Below are positions 53,456 through 62,544 of a stretch of DNA of 64,000 bases, piece after piece. Each line of letters begins with the position of its first letter. Position 1 is the stretch's first letter. The notes below the pieces were generated by a model, which was not told the origin of the DNA, searched no databases, and saw only the letters and a program-made list of their open reading frames with translations. Position numbers and translations under genes: made by a program. The stretch is from the IMG/VR virus record IMGVR_UViG_3300021520_000002, positions 1-64,000 of that record; one strand, 5' to 3'.

Positions 53456-53761
53456 ATGATAAGTATATGTGAATTTCAAGATGAAGTTCTCGCTAAATAT
53501 GAAGCCCAAAGAAAAGAGTTATATAATAGAGTACATCCAGATGAAGCTCATAGTGGTTTAGATAAGGCTAGTAAAGCATTAGAAAGTAAACCAGAAGTTA
53601 GAAATTATAGAGCTGTAGAACTACCAGTTAATAAAGAACCTTTTGATAAAAAAATATTAAAAAAAGTTGGTCAAGGTATAGATAATGCAGATGGTGGAGT
53701 AAGAAAAATATTTACTTCATTCAATCAAGCTGGTCAAAATATATATTCTGCAACTCATTAA
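53456..53761 (+). CDS. MIS-leader family protein
   Basis: ATG at 53456 after GGAGG; starts MISICE. Confidence 0.55.
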   Translation: MISICEFQDEVLAKYEAQRKELYNRVHPDEAHSGLDKASKALESKPEVRNYRAVELPVNKEPFDKKILKKVGQGIDNADGGVRKIFTSFNQAGQNIYSATH

Positions 53762-53773
53762 TGAGAGGTAATT

Positions 53774-53965
53774 ATGATAAGTATGGTGGCTGAACAGATT
53801 ACAGATGAAGAGATAAATGAATTTATGGGTAATCTTGGTAAATCTTTAAAGAAAAATAAAGAAGAAAATCAATCTGAAGGTGAAAAACTAAAAGATAAAA
53901 TAGATCAAGAAAAACCATTTAAAAATTTTCCTTGGCAAGATAAAAATAAACAAACACAGGTGTAA
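53774..53965 (+). CDS. MIS-leader family small protein
   Basis: Starts MISMVAE. Confidence 0.55.
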   Translation: MISMVAEQITDEEINEFMGNLGKSLKKNKEENQSEGEKLKDKIDQEKPFKNFPWQDKNKQTQV

Positions 53966-53967
53966 TT

Positions 53968-54294
53968 ATGATATCAATTTCTAGTTTATTTGAGGGAGAA
54001 AATATTATAGAAAAAGTTGTTGATGAAAAAAAATTTAGAAAAAAATTTGATCAAGGTTCTTTAAGATATAATATGATGTTGGGTTCATTAATAGCACCAG
54101 CTTCATTAGCGGCAAAAACTGCATTTGTTGATAAAGATATTTTAAATAAATTAAATCAGGATCATACATTGGCTGCTCCTGCTGCGTTAGCTGCAGCATC
54201 AGCTCTTGGTGCTGGAAGTGCAGCCGCTATACATGGGGTTGTTAAAAGTTATTTTAAAGTAAGAGATAAAATTAAAAGGAGAAAGAAACAATGA
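53968..54294 (+). CDS. MIS-leader protein with Ala/Gly hydrophobic segment and basic tail
   Basis: MISISSLFE; AALAAASALGAGSAAAIHGVV...KRRKKQ. Confidence 0.6.
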   Translation: MISISSLFEGENIIEKVVDEKKFRKKFDQGSLRYNMMLGSLIAPASLAAKTAFVDKDILNKLNQDHTLAAPAALAAASALGAGSAAAIHGVVKSYFKVRDKIKRRKKQ

Positions 54295-54497
54295 TATCAA
54301 TTCTTTCCGATATTAATCAATTTGCTGGACTTATGAGAACTGATCCAAGATTACTAATACAAATAGCTGCTAAAAAAGCAGCATCAAAAGGAACAACATC
54401 AGATGAAATTAATCAACATGTTGATAACACTGCTAAAGAAGGTACAGGAAAAGTTACTAAAAAGACTATAAAAAATATTATAGATGCAGGAAGGTAA
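54291..54497 (+). CDS. MIS-leader family small protein
   Basis: Starts MISILSD. Confidence 0.55.
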   Translation: MISILSDINQFAGLMRTDPRLLIQIAAKKAASKGTTSDEINQHVDNTAKEGTGKVTKKTIKNIIDAGR

Positions 54498-54499
54498 TT

Positions 54500-55333
54500 A
54501 TGATATCTATTATGGAAATTTTTGATAGACCATCACCGGATACTAGATCATTTGCTCAAAAAGCTTTTGGTGCTAAAGCTCCTGAAAGAACCCCAAATCT
54601 TGCCGATAAATTAAAATCTTCATATCAAGACAAGATTAAAGAGACTAAAGATTTTCGTAGAGATATTATAAATAAGAATGTAGAAAATTTAAAATTAAAA
54701 ACATCCAATTGGATTAAGCCTAAGGATGAAAACAACACATCTAAATTTAGTAAATTTAGAACTGGTGTGTCTAATTTAATAAGACCTGAAAATGCTGAGA
54801 ATATTAAACCAAGAAATCTTGTTGATGATGCGCGTGATATGATTGGTTCTAGAAGGGTTGAAAAAGGTTTTGAACAAAAAATTGGTAGATTAAATCAATT
54901 ACAAAAGAATCAACAAGCTAAAAGAAATCTTAGTGATTTAACTAATGCTTCTGATAAATATAGAGAACAACATCCTATTAGAACGGCAATTTTCGGTGGT
55001 ACTCCACAAGAACGAACTGGATTTTTAGGAGTTAAAGGAATATCTGATTTAGAAAAAGCTCAAATAAGAGCAGATAATGTGAAATCAACTTCACCATTAA
55101 AAAATCAAAGTGGTGCTTATAAAAGTGCCGATAGATTTTTAGATACTGTTGAAAATAGGAATAGAAAAGGAATAGGTGTTGCACAACCAGCTTTAAATAC
55201 AACTAATCCAATTCCACAACCAGCTGCAACTAATCCAACAACTATAACTCAACCAATACAAAATGTTATTAATGGTCAAGCTGTAGCAAAAAGAAAAAAG
55301 AGATTAAATGATATGGGTGTATCAACTGCTTAA
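54500..55333 (+). CDS. MIS-leader basic protein
   Basis: Starts MISIME. Confidence 0.6.
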   Translation: MISIMEIFDRPSPDTRSFAQKAFGAKAPERTPNLADKLKSSYQDKIKETKDFRRDIINKNVENLKLKTSNWIKPKDENNTSKFSKFRTGVSNLIRPENAENIKPRNLVDDARDMIGSRRVEKGFEQKIGRLNQLQKNQQAKRNLSDLTNASDKYREQHPIRTAIFGGTPQERTGFLGVKGISDLEKAQIRADNVKSTSPLKNQSGAYKSADRFLDTVENRNRKGIGVAQPALNTTNPIPQPAATNPTTITQPIQNVINGQAVAKRKKRLNDMGVSTA

Positions 55334-55359
55334 AATTTTATTTACGAGAGGATATAATT

Positions 55360-55737
55360 ATGTCGACCATGAAAGAAAAATTAAAATCATTTAAAGATTC
55401 CATATCTAGAAATAAAGGTAATATAGAAAAGGTAGCGGCAGGTTCAGCTGGAGCAGCTGGGGTTGTTGGTGGATTGGGAACAGCAAAAGGAGCACAAATA
55501 TATCATGATGCATATGATGAAACTTTTAAAAGTTATAAAGAAAGTCCACAATATAAAATTTTAAAAAATATAGATCCTATAGGTACAGCAAAAATGGAAG
55601 GTAATATTACATTTGAAAAGGGAATGGTAAAAGGAGTTAGAGATCTTGGTCTTGCAGGAGCTGGTATTGGTGGAGCAGTTTTAGCTGGAGTTATAGCTAA
55701 ACACTATCATGATAAGAAAAAGAAGAAATCCAAATAA
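55360..55737 (+). CDS. Glycine-zipper-like membrane protein with Lys tail
   Basis: AAGSAGAAGVVGGLG; LGLAGAGIGGAVLAGVIAKHYHDKKKKKSK. Confidence 0.55.
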   Translation: MSTMKEKLKSFKDSISRNKGNIEKVAAGSAGAAGVVGGLGTAKGAQIYHDAYDETFKSYKESPQYKILKNIDPIGTAKMEGNITFEKGMVKGVRDLGLAGAGIGGAVLAGVIAKHYHDKKKKKSK

Positions 55738-55745
55738 GGTGAAAA

Positions 55746-56825
55746 ATGAAACTCATAGATCAAGAGTGGCTTGGTGTTATATTAGAAGATGATGATAATA
55801 AACACCAAGGTCGTTATAAAGTTCATATACCACAACTTCAACCTCATATGAGCAAGGATACCGGTATATGGGCTAAAAACCATGTTACTAATTATAGAAT
55901 ATCTCCATCTGAAGATGGGGTGTATGGAAGTTATTTTCCTTTACATCCAAATACACAAGTAATTGTTAAATTTTTTACCAATCAGTTTGAATCTGCTTAT
56001 ATTGATAGAATCACATCAGATCATAATCCTGAATCTATGCCGTATGAAATTATTGATAGGGATGATTATTATCAAATTATAAGAACTCCAAAAAATAATC
56101 ATTTAATTGCCTTATGTGAAGAAACGGAAACCGGTGGAGCTGCCGATACTCCTAACTCAATACATATCTATTATAATGATAAAACAATAACTATTGTTAT
56201 GGATAGTACTGGTTTAAATATTAATGTCGCGAAAGTGGAACCTGAAGAAGGTGAAGAAGAAGATGATGAGAGTGGTAATATTAATTTAAAAACTGAAGCT
56301 AGTACATTTATTCAAGTTGATGAAGATTTACATATAAAAGTAACTGGGACTGTTTACATTCAATCTGAAACTGATATTAATATTTTAGCGTCAGAAAATA
56401 TTAATGTTGAATCTGAAAATGCTAATATTAATATTTTAGCGTCAGAAAATATTAATATTCAATCAGATTCAGATTTAAACATTAAAGCTTCAGGAAATGT
56501 TAATATTCAGTCAGAGTCAGATATGAATATTAATTCTGGAGGTCTTTGTAATATTGAAGCAGAATCAGATGTTAATATTTTAGCTACTGGTAATTGTAAT
56601 ATAGAATCTACTTCAACAACTAGTATTAGAGCTGCTGGACTTTGTAATATTGATGGTGCTATGGTTAATTTAAATTGTGGTGGAGCTCAAAGTGCTGAGG
56701 GTGCTGATGAAGCTGAAGATGCAGAACCAGCTGAACCAGCAGAAGATTATACAGAACCAAATTTAATAGATACAGATAGTGAGTTTGAATATTATGAAGG
56801 AAGTGATGGGACAGTTATTATTTAA
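55746..56825 (+). CDS. Baseplate central spike / hub (T4 gp5- or gpV/VgrG-like)
   Basis: N-terminal OB-like D...GRYKVHIP...WA...G.YFP...V.V.F; 8-residue beta-helix repeats (INILASEN, VNIQSESD); ends GAMVNLN. Confidence 0.75.
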   Translation: MKLIDQEWLGVILEDDDNKHQGRYKVHIPQLQPHMSKDTGIWAKNHVTNYRISPSEDGVYGSYFPLHPNTQVIVKFFTNQFESAYIDRITSDHNPESMPYEIIDRDDYYQIIRTPKNNHLIALCEETETGGAADTPNSIHIYYNDKTITIVMDSTGLNINVAKVEPEEGEEEDDESGNINLKTEASTFIQVDEDLHIKVTGTVYIQSETDINILASENINVESENANINILASENINIQSDSDLNIKASGNVNIQSESDMNINSGGLCNIEAESDVNILATGNCNIESTSTTSIRAAGLCNIDGAMVNLNCGGAQSAEGADEAEDAEPAEPAEDYTEPNLIDTDSEFEYYEGSDGTVII

Positions 56826-56837
56826 GGAGTTATATTT

Positions 56838-57251
56838 ATGATATCGATTATAGCTGAAGTTAGTAAAAGTTTTAATATGAGAGATAAATTATATAAAGCT
56901 AGTAATGAATATAAAGATGCTGCTAAAAATTCTTCAATTTTTGCTCCGTTTAAAAAAGCACAATTATATGCAGCATCAGTAAGAGCTGATAAATTAGGAA
57001 AACTTATCAATTCAAAAATAAATGATGAACATTTAGTTTATGATAAAAGTGATATAAATTTGGCGAAAGTATTTCAACATCCAAAACGGGAATTAATTGA
57101 TAGAATTAATAATCAACCAGAAGTTAAAGAAATGATAAATAGAGCTGAAGGTGGTAAATCAAAAGTTCCTGAAAATTTAAAAAATTTATCATCAGCTTTA
57201 AAACAAACTGGAATGGGTATAAGAAATAAAATTTTTAAATCTTTTAAATAA
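56838..57251 (+). CDS. MIS-leader family protein
   Basis: Starts MISIIAE. Confidence 0.6.
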   Translation: MISIIAEVSKSFNMRDKLYKASNEYKDAAKNSSIFAPFKKAQLYAASVRADKLGKLINSKINDEHLVYDKSDINLAKVFQHPKRELIDRINNQPEVKEMINRAEGGKSKVPENLKNLSSALKQTGMGIRNKIFKSFK

Positions 57252-57269
57252 TTTTTTAGCGAGTTAAAT

Positions 57270-57776
57270 ATGATATCAATAACAGAAGTTCAGAAAGGGT
57301 ATTCCGGATATAAAATGGAACATGTGGGATCTGGTGTTGGAAAAATAATTGGAGGAACAGTTCCTGGTCCAGCAGCTGTAATAACAATTCCACTTGGTCA
57401 TTATATAGGAAAAAATGTTCCTAAAGATCCAGAGAAAGATATTGATGAATCTAAGAGAACTCATAGAGTTGCAGCTATTGCTGATGAAAGACTTAGAGCC
57501 AAAAGAATGTTAAAACATGCAGCTGTAGGCGCATCTATTGGTGCTGCTGTAGGGGCAACAATAGGAAAGAAAAAAGGAGCAGTTATTGGTGGAGGAGTAG
57601 GATCAGTTCTTGGATTAATTTCTGCTGGTGCAGTAGGTGGTTGGAGAGGTGCTGAAAAGCTTGGTTATGGACCAATTGGTAAAACTTCTGCCGCTCTTCC
57701 TTTTCCAGGAGAATATACTGGATTGTTAGCTCCTTCAGGAATAAAAATAGATGCTGTTCCGGAGGAAAAGAAATAA
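57270..57776 (+). CDS. MIS-leader glycine-zipper protein
   Basis: MISITE; AAVGASIGAAVGATIGKKKGAVIGGGVGSVLGLISAGAVGG. Confidence 0.6.
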   Translation: MISITEVQKGYSGYKMEHVGSGVGKIIGGTVPGPAAVITIPLGHYIGKNVPKDPEKDIDESKRTHRVAAIADERLRAKRMLKHAAVGASIGAAVGATIGKKKGAVIGGGVGSVLGLISAGAVGGWRGAEKLGYGPIGKTSAALPFPGEYTGLLAPSGIKIDAVPEEKK

Positions 57777-57796
57777 AATAAACAATAGAGGTAACA

Positions 57797-58447
57797 ATGT
57801 ACATCAACTACGACAGTACATGTAAGATAATAGCAGAAGGAGAATTGGATGAATTAATAAACAATTTTGATCGTCTTGATAGTACTGCTGATAGACCAGC
57901 AATACAAAATAAATTTACTATCAATATGAGACCGCAAGGAATTATTGTTTATGATTCTTATAATAACCCATTTTTTCCAATTAGACCTAGACCAAGAATA
58001 GATGATGCTAAAATGAATCTATTTGAAGTTTATAGGCGTACAAGAGAATTGTATGAAGCTTTTGCGCCGATAATTCTTCCTTGGCATTATATAATTGAAT
58101 TTATTAACGATCGTTATTTTGTTTTCGCGACAAGACCAATTGATATGAAATTTCCAGCTTCAAATCAAGATGTAACTGATGATAGACAAAAATTCTGGGA
58201 TGATGCAACAAAAGATTTTATGAAAGATAATTTATTTGATATTAGAGAATGTATTCATATTCTCATCCTTGGTGATTCTAATATTGATGTTTATACCAAG
58301 AAATTTTATGAGTTATTAGGACGTATTTGTGTTGTACCATTTGTAAGATATTTTAAATTGCCGGAAGGTATAGGTCAACGCATTTTTTATTTAAACATGG
58401 GGATTAAATTCCATGGTCAATTAATAATGAAGTTTATTAGGAGGTAG
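57797..58447 (+). CDS. Hypothetical protein (weak resemblance to an amidase-like fold)
   Basis: PWHYIIE...CIHILILGD is reminiscent of Amidase_2; catalytic residues are not evident. Confidence 0.4.
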   Translation: MYINYDSTCKIIAEGELDELINNFDRLDSTADRPAIQNKFTINMRPQGIIVYDSYNNPFFPIRPRPRIDDAKMNLFEVYRRTRELYEAFAPIILPWHYIIEFINDRYFVFATRPIDMKFPASNQDVTDDRQKFWDDATKDFMKDNLFDIRECIHILILGDSNIDVYTKKFYELLGRICVVPFVRYFKLPEGIGQRIFYLNMGIKFHGQLIMKFIRR

Positions 58448-58448
58448 A

Positions 58449-58637
58449 ATGATTAGTATTGTTGAAACAAAATTTGGTGTAGGTTTATCAGAACAATTAA
58501 GAAGAATTAATCCATTAAATCTTCCAGGCATTACTAAACTTGAACCTATTGATTTAAGTAAAAGATTAAATTCTCAAAATAGAGATTTAAATAATTTAAA
58601 AATGACATTATCATTGTTTAAACAAAAATCTAAATAA
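58449..58637 (+). CDS. MIS-leader family small protein
   Basis: Starts MISIVETKFGV. Confidence 0.55.
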   Translation: MISIVETKFGVGLSEQLRRINPLNLPGITKLEPIDLSKRLNSQNRDLNNLKMTLSLFKQKSK

Positions 58638-58662
58638 TCAAAAAACTAAAGGAGATTTTACT

Positions 58663-58866
58663 ATGAAGACTAACGAAGTGAAGTTTGGCGTAGCAGTTGT
58701 AGCATCTATTTATGAAGTTGAAAATGCAATATCTACAGAAGGTGCATCTGATGTAACGACTCCAGCATGTATTGCAAAAGCTATTCAGAGTGTTCTTGGT
58801 GTTCAGGGTTCTGATTCAGTTCAGGAAGCAAAAGCAACTGGTGGAGATGTGACAGCTGATAGGTAA
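58663..58866 (+). CDS. Small hypothetical protein (NE-x-KFG N-terminus)
   Basis: Starts MKTNEVKFGV; AAGGAG RBS. Confidence 0.5.
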   Translation: MKTNEVKFGVAVVASIYEVENAISTEGASDVTTPACIAKAIQSVLGVQGSDSVQEAKATGGDVTADR

Positions 58867-58899
58867 TTTTTGCCGATAAAAATAGTAAATGGAGGTTTT

Positions 58900-59061
58900 A
58901 TGATTTCAATAATGGAATCATTTTTTTGGAATTATTCAAACTGGGGAGAGAAAACCCCAAAATCAGTTTATACACTTACAGATGAAGAAGCTAATAAAAA
59001 AGATACTGAGATCAATAAAGATAATTTAATAATTCGTGATGAAAACATTACAGTTACATAA
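58900..59061 (+). CDS. MIS-leader family small protein
   Basis: ATG at 58900 after GGAGG; starts MISIME. Confidence 0.55.
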   Translation: MISIMESFFWNYSNWGEKTPKSVYTLTDEEANKKDTEINKDNLIIRDENITVT

Positions 59062-59070
59062 GAGGTTATT

Positions 59071-59883
59071 ATGATAAACAATGAAACTGCATTTGGAGCA
59101 GAATTAGCTATTGAGCTTAAAATGTTAATTGAGATTGGTGGTCAAAAAGGTGCTCTTGAAGACGCCTTAACACATGTAAGAAAAGAGAAAGCAGCATTAA
59201 GTCAAGAAAAAGGTGGTATTGGTTTTTGGAAAGGTCATTTTACAAAAGAAGGAAAAGAACATAAAAGGAAACTTGATGATGCTTTAGATCTTGTAAAGAA
59301 AAAAGAACATGATTATAAATCAGTTAATCGTGAAGTTAAGATGCATGATCGACCTTTAGCAAAAGCTAATAGATGGTTGTCTGGTTTTCTTGGACGTAAA
59401 GATGCAGCGGCACAATATGATGCTAAAGATGCAGATTTACATAAAAGAATTCAGAATATAAAAACTGGACAAGAGTATACTGATAGAGCTAATCTTGTAC
59501 AAAAAAATTTAAAAGATTGGAAAGAAGAAGCTCCTGGAATTTCAAACAAGGCTAAAGATGCAGCTGAAAAACTTAAAAATACTAGAATTGAAAATGCTGG
59601 AATTAAACCTAATTATACACCACCAGTCGATACAACTCCTCCAAAATTTGAAAAGGAAGATACATCTTCACTTTTGAAAAATTTTGGAACAAAGATTGTT
59701 GATAAGTTTAAACCAGCTTCAGAAACTCCAAAATCTGCTCCTGTAGATGTTCCTAAACCAGCTGCTGCTCCTGTAGAAGCACCAAAAGTTGAGGCTCCAG
59801 CATCAACGACAAATCAAAATTATAAAGCACCATCTCGGATAATTACCAAACCAATGTTTAGTCATCTTAGAGCAAAAGGATAA
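59071..59883 (+). CDS. Basic helical protein with Pro-rich tail
   Basis: Starts MINNETAFG. Confidence 0.55.
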   Translation: MINNETAFGAELAIELKMLIEIGGQKGALEDALTHVRKEKAALSQEKGGIGFWKGHFTKEGKEHKRKLDDALDLVKKKEHDYKSVNREVKMHDRPLAKANRWLSGFLGRKDAAAQYDAKDADLHKRIQNIKTGQEYTDRANLVQKNLKDWKEEAPGISNKAKDAAEKLKNTRIENAGIKPNYTPPVDTTPPKFEKEDTSSLLKNFGTKIVDKFKPASETPKSAPVDVPKPAAAPVEAPKVEAPASTTNQNYKAPSRIITKPMFSHLRAKG

Positions 59884-59966
59884 ACGGAAGAGTAACATTT
59901 TAATGTTGCTTCTAAAAATATATAGAAATTATACAATTTGAAAGCTTTTTAAAAAAAGAATAAATT

Positions 59967-61256
59967 GTGAGGATTAAAATGTTTTTAGAGGCGTTTGGAG
60001 TGGATGCATCAAAAACTGATGTAAGTTTAGATATATCTTATAAGCTTTTATTTTATCATATTAATGATGAATTACTAAAAGCTTCGGGTGACAGTAATAT
60101 TATTATTGCCACTAAGTTAATTGAGAGGTATTGGAAAGATTTAGATAGTAATCTTGGTGATACAATTCAAGATAGACATCCTTTAGTTAAAGGATTATAT
60201 TTTTTGTATCAAACAGGTAATGCTCTAAATAGATTCAATGAAAACGATTTAAAAATATCTAAAATTAAATTTCGTTCTAAAGTTTTATTTCCGTATTTAA
60301 TTTATATTCTTCAACAATATTTACCTAAGGTTCGACAATTTTTACAATATATTGTTTGGTCATCTTATGAAGAGATGAAAAAGAAATCGGCAGGTGCTGT
60401 CAATTTCTATGTTAATTCATTATATCTTGATCAAGATGTAATTAAACATGAGGTATTATTAGAATTTTTAGGTAATGCAATGATTAAATTTAGTCCATTA
60501 GATGTAGGAAATGTTAATGCATTTTATAAGAAAATCTTCAGAAATATTTTTAATTTTTATTTTAAGTATAAACAAAGTAATCAACCAATTTGGTCTAATT
60601 TTTGGAGTATTGAAAATGCTATAACATCAGTTAATACATCGGCAAGATTATCTGTTTATCGGGATGTTTTATATGGTCTCGAAGTTGAAAAACTTTATAA
60701 AGATTCACCAATGTTATCTCAGTTAGGTTATAATTATAAAATTTTTAGAAATTTAATTATCAATAATGAAATTCAAGATATTTATATGTCATTAGATCCA
60801 TGTAGTGCTGTTGGTATTTCCAATAACGAATATAAATTGCTTAAAATTTATGATGATGATATTATGAATGAGCGTCTTATAGACAAAATTCGCAAACTAC
60901 CAACAGTATTTAAATTACTTAAATGTATTCATATTGTTAATCCAAAAGGTAAACCACATAATGAAATGGTTATCAAACCAGAATTATTAAAATTTGCCGT
61001 TAGAGATGAATTAGTACATCCATTTAGAAATTTCTTTAATGATAATTATTTATTACCTATTTTAGATAAGGTTGCTGAAAATTTTGTAAACTCTTTATTG
61101 ATGGGTGATTATATAAATTTAATAACGTTGGCACCCATAAGAATTAATCAAATTAGTTTTGTAGAACAGATACGAAAATTTGTACGCATCTGTTTAGATG
61201 AAATGTCCAACGTTGGAGGCGAAATAGAAGATGTTAGAATCAGAGCAATTCGATAA
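59967..61256 (+). CDS. Hypothetical protein
   Basis: 429-aa ORF; true start may be ATG at 59979. Confidence 0.6.
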   Translation: MRIKMFLEAFGVDASKTDVSLDISYKLLFYHINDELLKASGDSNIIIATKLIERYWKDLDSNLGDTIQDRHPLVKGLYFLYQTGNALNRFNENDLKISKIKFRSKVLFPYLIYILQQYLPKVRQFLQYIVWSSYEEMKKKSAGAVNFYVNSLYLDQDVIKHEVLLEFLGNAMIKFSPLDVGNVNAFYKKIFRNIFNFYFKYKQSNQPIWSNFWSIENAITSVNTSARLSVYRDVLYGLEVEKLYKDSPMLSQLGYNYKIFRNLIINNEIQDIYMSLDPCSAVGISNNEYKLLKIYDDDIMNERLIDKIRKLPTVFKLLKCIHIVNPKGKPHNEMVIKPELLKFAVRDELVHPFRNFFNDNYLLPILDKVAENFVNSLLMGDYINLITLAPIRINQISFVEQIRKFVRICLDEMSNVGGEIEDVRIRAIR

Positions 61257-61713
61257 ACAAGAAATATCATCTAAATTTGAAGATCAAAGATCACAATTAG
61301 ATGCACAAATTACCCAACTTGGGAGTAGAATTTTATCTTTACAAAAACATATTATATCTTTAGAACATGCTAATAGTGTCCTTGATCAACTTGCAAAAAA
61401 TGAAAAAGATGGAACTAAAATAAAACAATATTATGGTGCAATGAAACAAAATATTGAATTATTAGCAAAACTTTATGAAGTTATTAAAGAATATGAAGGA
61501 ATAAAATTTAAATATTATAAAGAAATAGATGATATTATGATTAGTAAATATAGAATGATTTCAGTCGATATTAAGAAACTTGAAGAAAGACTTAATGGTG
61601 CTGATGATGTGTTTGGTTTCTTTGAAAGATTAACAGAAGCTTTAAAAAATTCTGGGTCTAAAAGGGAGCTAGTTAAAAGCGAATTACAAAGTGATCCAGA
61701 TTATAAGTTGTAG
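61231..61713 (+). CDS. Coiled-coil hypothetical protein
   Basis: Heptad pattern; GGAGG upstream. Confidence 0.55.
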   Translation: MLESEQFDKQEISSKFEDQRSQLDAQITQLGSRILSLQKHIISLEHANSVLDQLAKNEKDGTKIKQYYGAMKQNIELLAKLYEVIKEYEGIKFKYYKEIDDIMISKYRMISVDIKKLEERLNGADDVFGFFERLTEALKNSGSKRELVKSELQSDPDYKL

Positions 61714-61724
61714 GAGGAATTAAT

Positions 61725-62105
61725 ATGATATCTATTATAAGACCGGGGGCATTTTCTGGAGGGGAATTTCCTGATAATGATAGAGCTATTCCACTCGGTG
61801 GTAAAATAGTTAGAATAATAAGAATAAGAGCAATTCCGATAAAGTCTGATGAAGAAGAGGTAAAAGATATGGTAGATGAAAAATTAAATCAGATTCCAGA
61901 TGAAGAATTAAATCAGGAACCAGATGAGAATGAATTTGATGATGAAATAGAACAAATTTCGGATGATGAATTGGATGAAATTCCAGATGAAGATGAAGAA
62001 TTAGATGAACTTCCTGAATTTGATGTTGATGAATTAGATGAAGATGATGCTGAAGATTTTGAAGATGAAGAAGAAGATTTTGAAGGAATGGAAGACGATA
62101 TATGA
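61725..62105 (+). CDS. Highly acidic protein with MISII start
   Basis: C-terminal two-thirds dominated by D/E with (Q/E)IPDEEL repeats. Confidence 0.6.
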   Translation: MISIIRPGAFSGGEFPDNDRAIPLGGKIVRIIRIRAIPIKSDEEEVKDMVDEKLNQIPDEELNQEPDENEFDDEIEQISDDELDEIPDEDEELDELPEFDVDELDEDDAEDFEDEEEDFEGMEDDI

Positions 62106-62287
62106 TTAAGGAAGATCAGAAAATAGATTTAGATCAGTTAATTAATGAATTTGTACAAATGGTGGATGAAAACAGTCCTGAAGCAAGTACTGATCCAAAT
62201 GTTAAACGTGTAAAAGTAATTAGAGCACAGGGTGGTTGTGCTTGTGGAAATTGTTTTGATGAAGAAGACTTTGGTGAAACTCAATGA
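62102..62287 (+). CDS. Small hypothetical protein with CxCxxC
   Basis: GGCACGNC. Confidence 0.45.
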   Translation: MIKEDQKIDLDQLINEFVQMVDENSPEASTDPNVKRVKVIRAQGGCACGNCFDEEDFGETQ

Positions 62288-62514
62288 AATTAACAAAATT
62301 TGATCAAGAAATAAGTCAAAGAATTTCTAGTTCTATAATTCATGAAAAATATGATATATATGAAATTGAACAAAAAATTAAAAATAGTATAAAAGATTTA
62401 GTTAATGGATGGTATAAATTTACAATTAATAAATTAATTGATAAATTTTCTATTGAATTTACTTATTGTCCTACTGAATTTAGTATGAAAACAATTTTAA
62501 TCATTATCAAATAG
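62284..62514 (+). CDS. Small hypothetical protein
   Basis: ATGA overlap with the previous ORF. Confidence 0.4.
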   Translation: MKLTKFDQEISQRISSSIIHEKYDIYEIEQKIKNSIKDLVNGWYKFTINKLIDKFSIEFTYCPTEFSMKTILIIIK

Positions 62515-62544
62515 TTAAAATTTTTTGGAGGCGTAAAATAAATA

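Noticed and set aside
16564-58637. MIS leader as a mobile DNA repeat or Sec signal peptide
   Set aside because: Codons differ freely (TCN versus AGY). The leader is too short, lacks a basic n-region and long h-region, and ends in an acidic residue.
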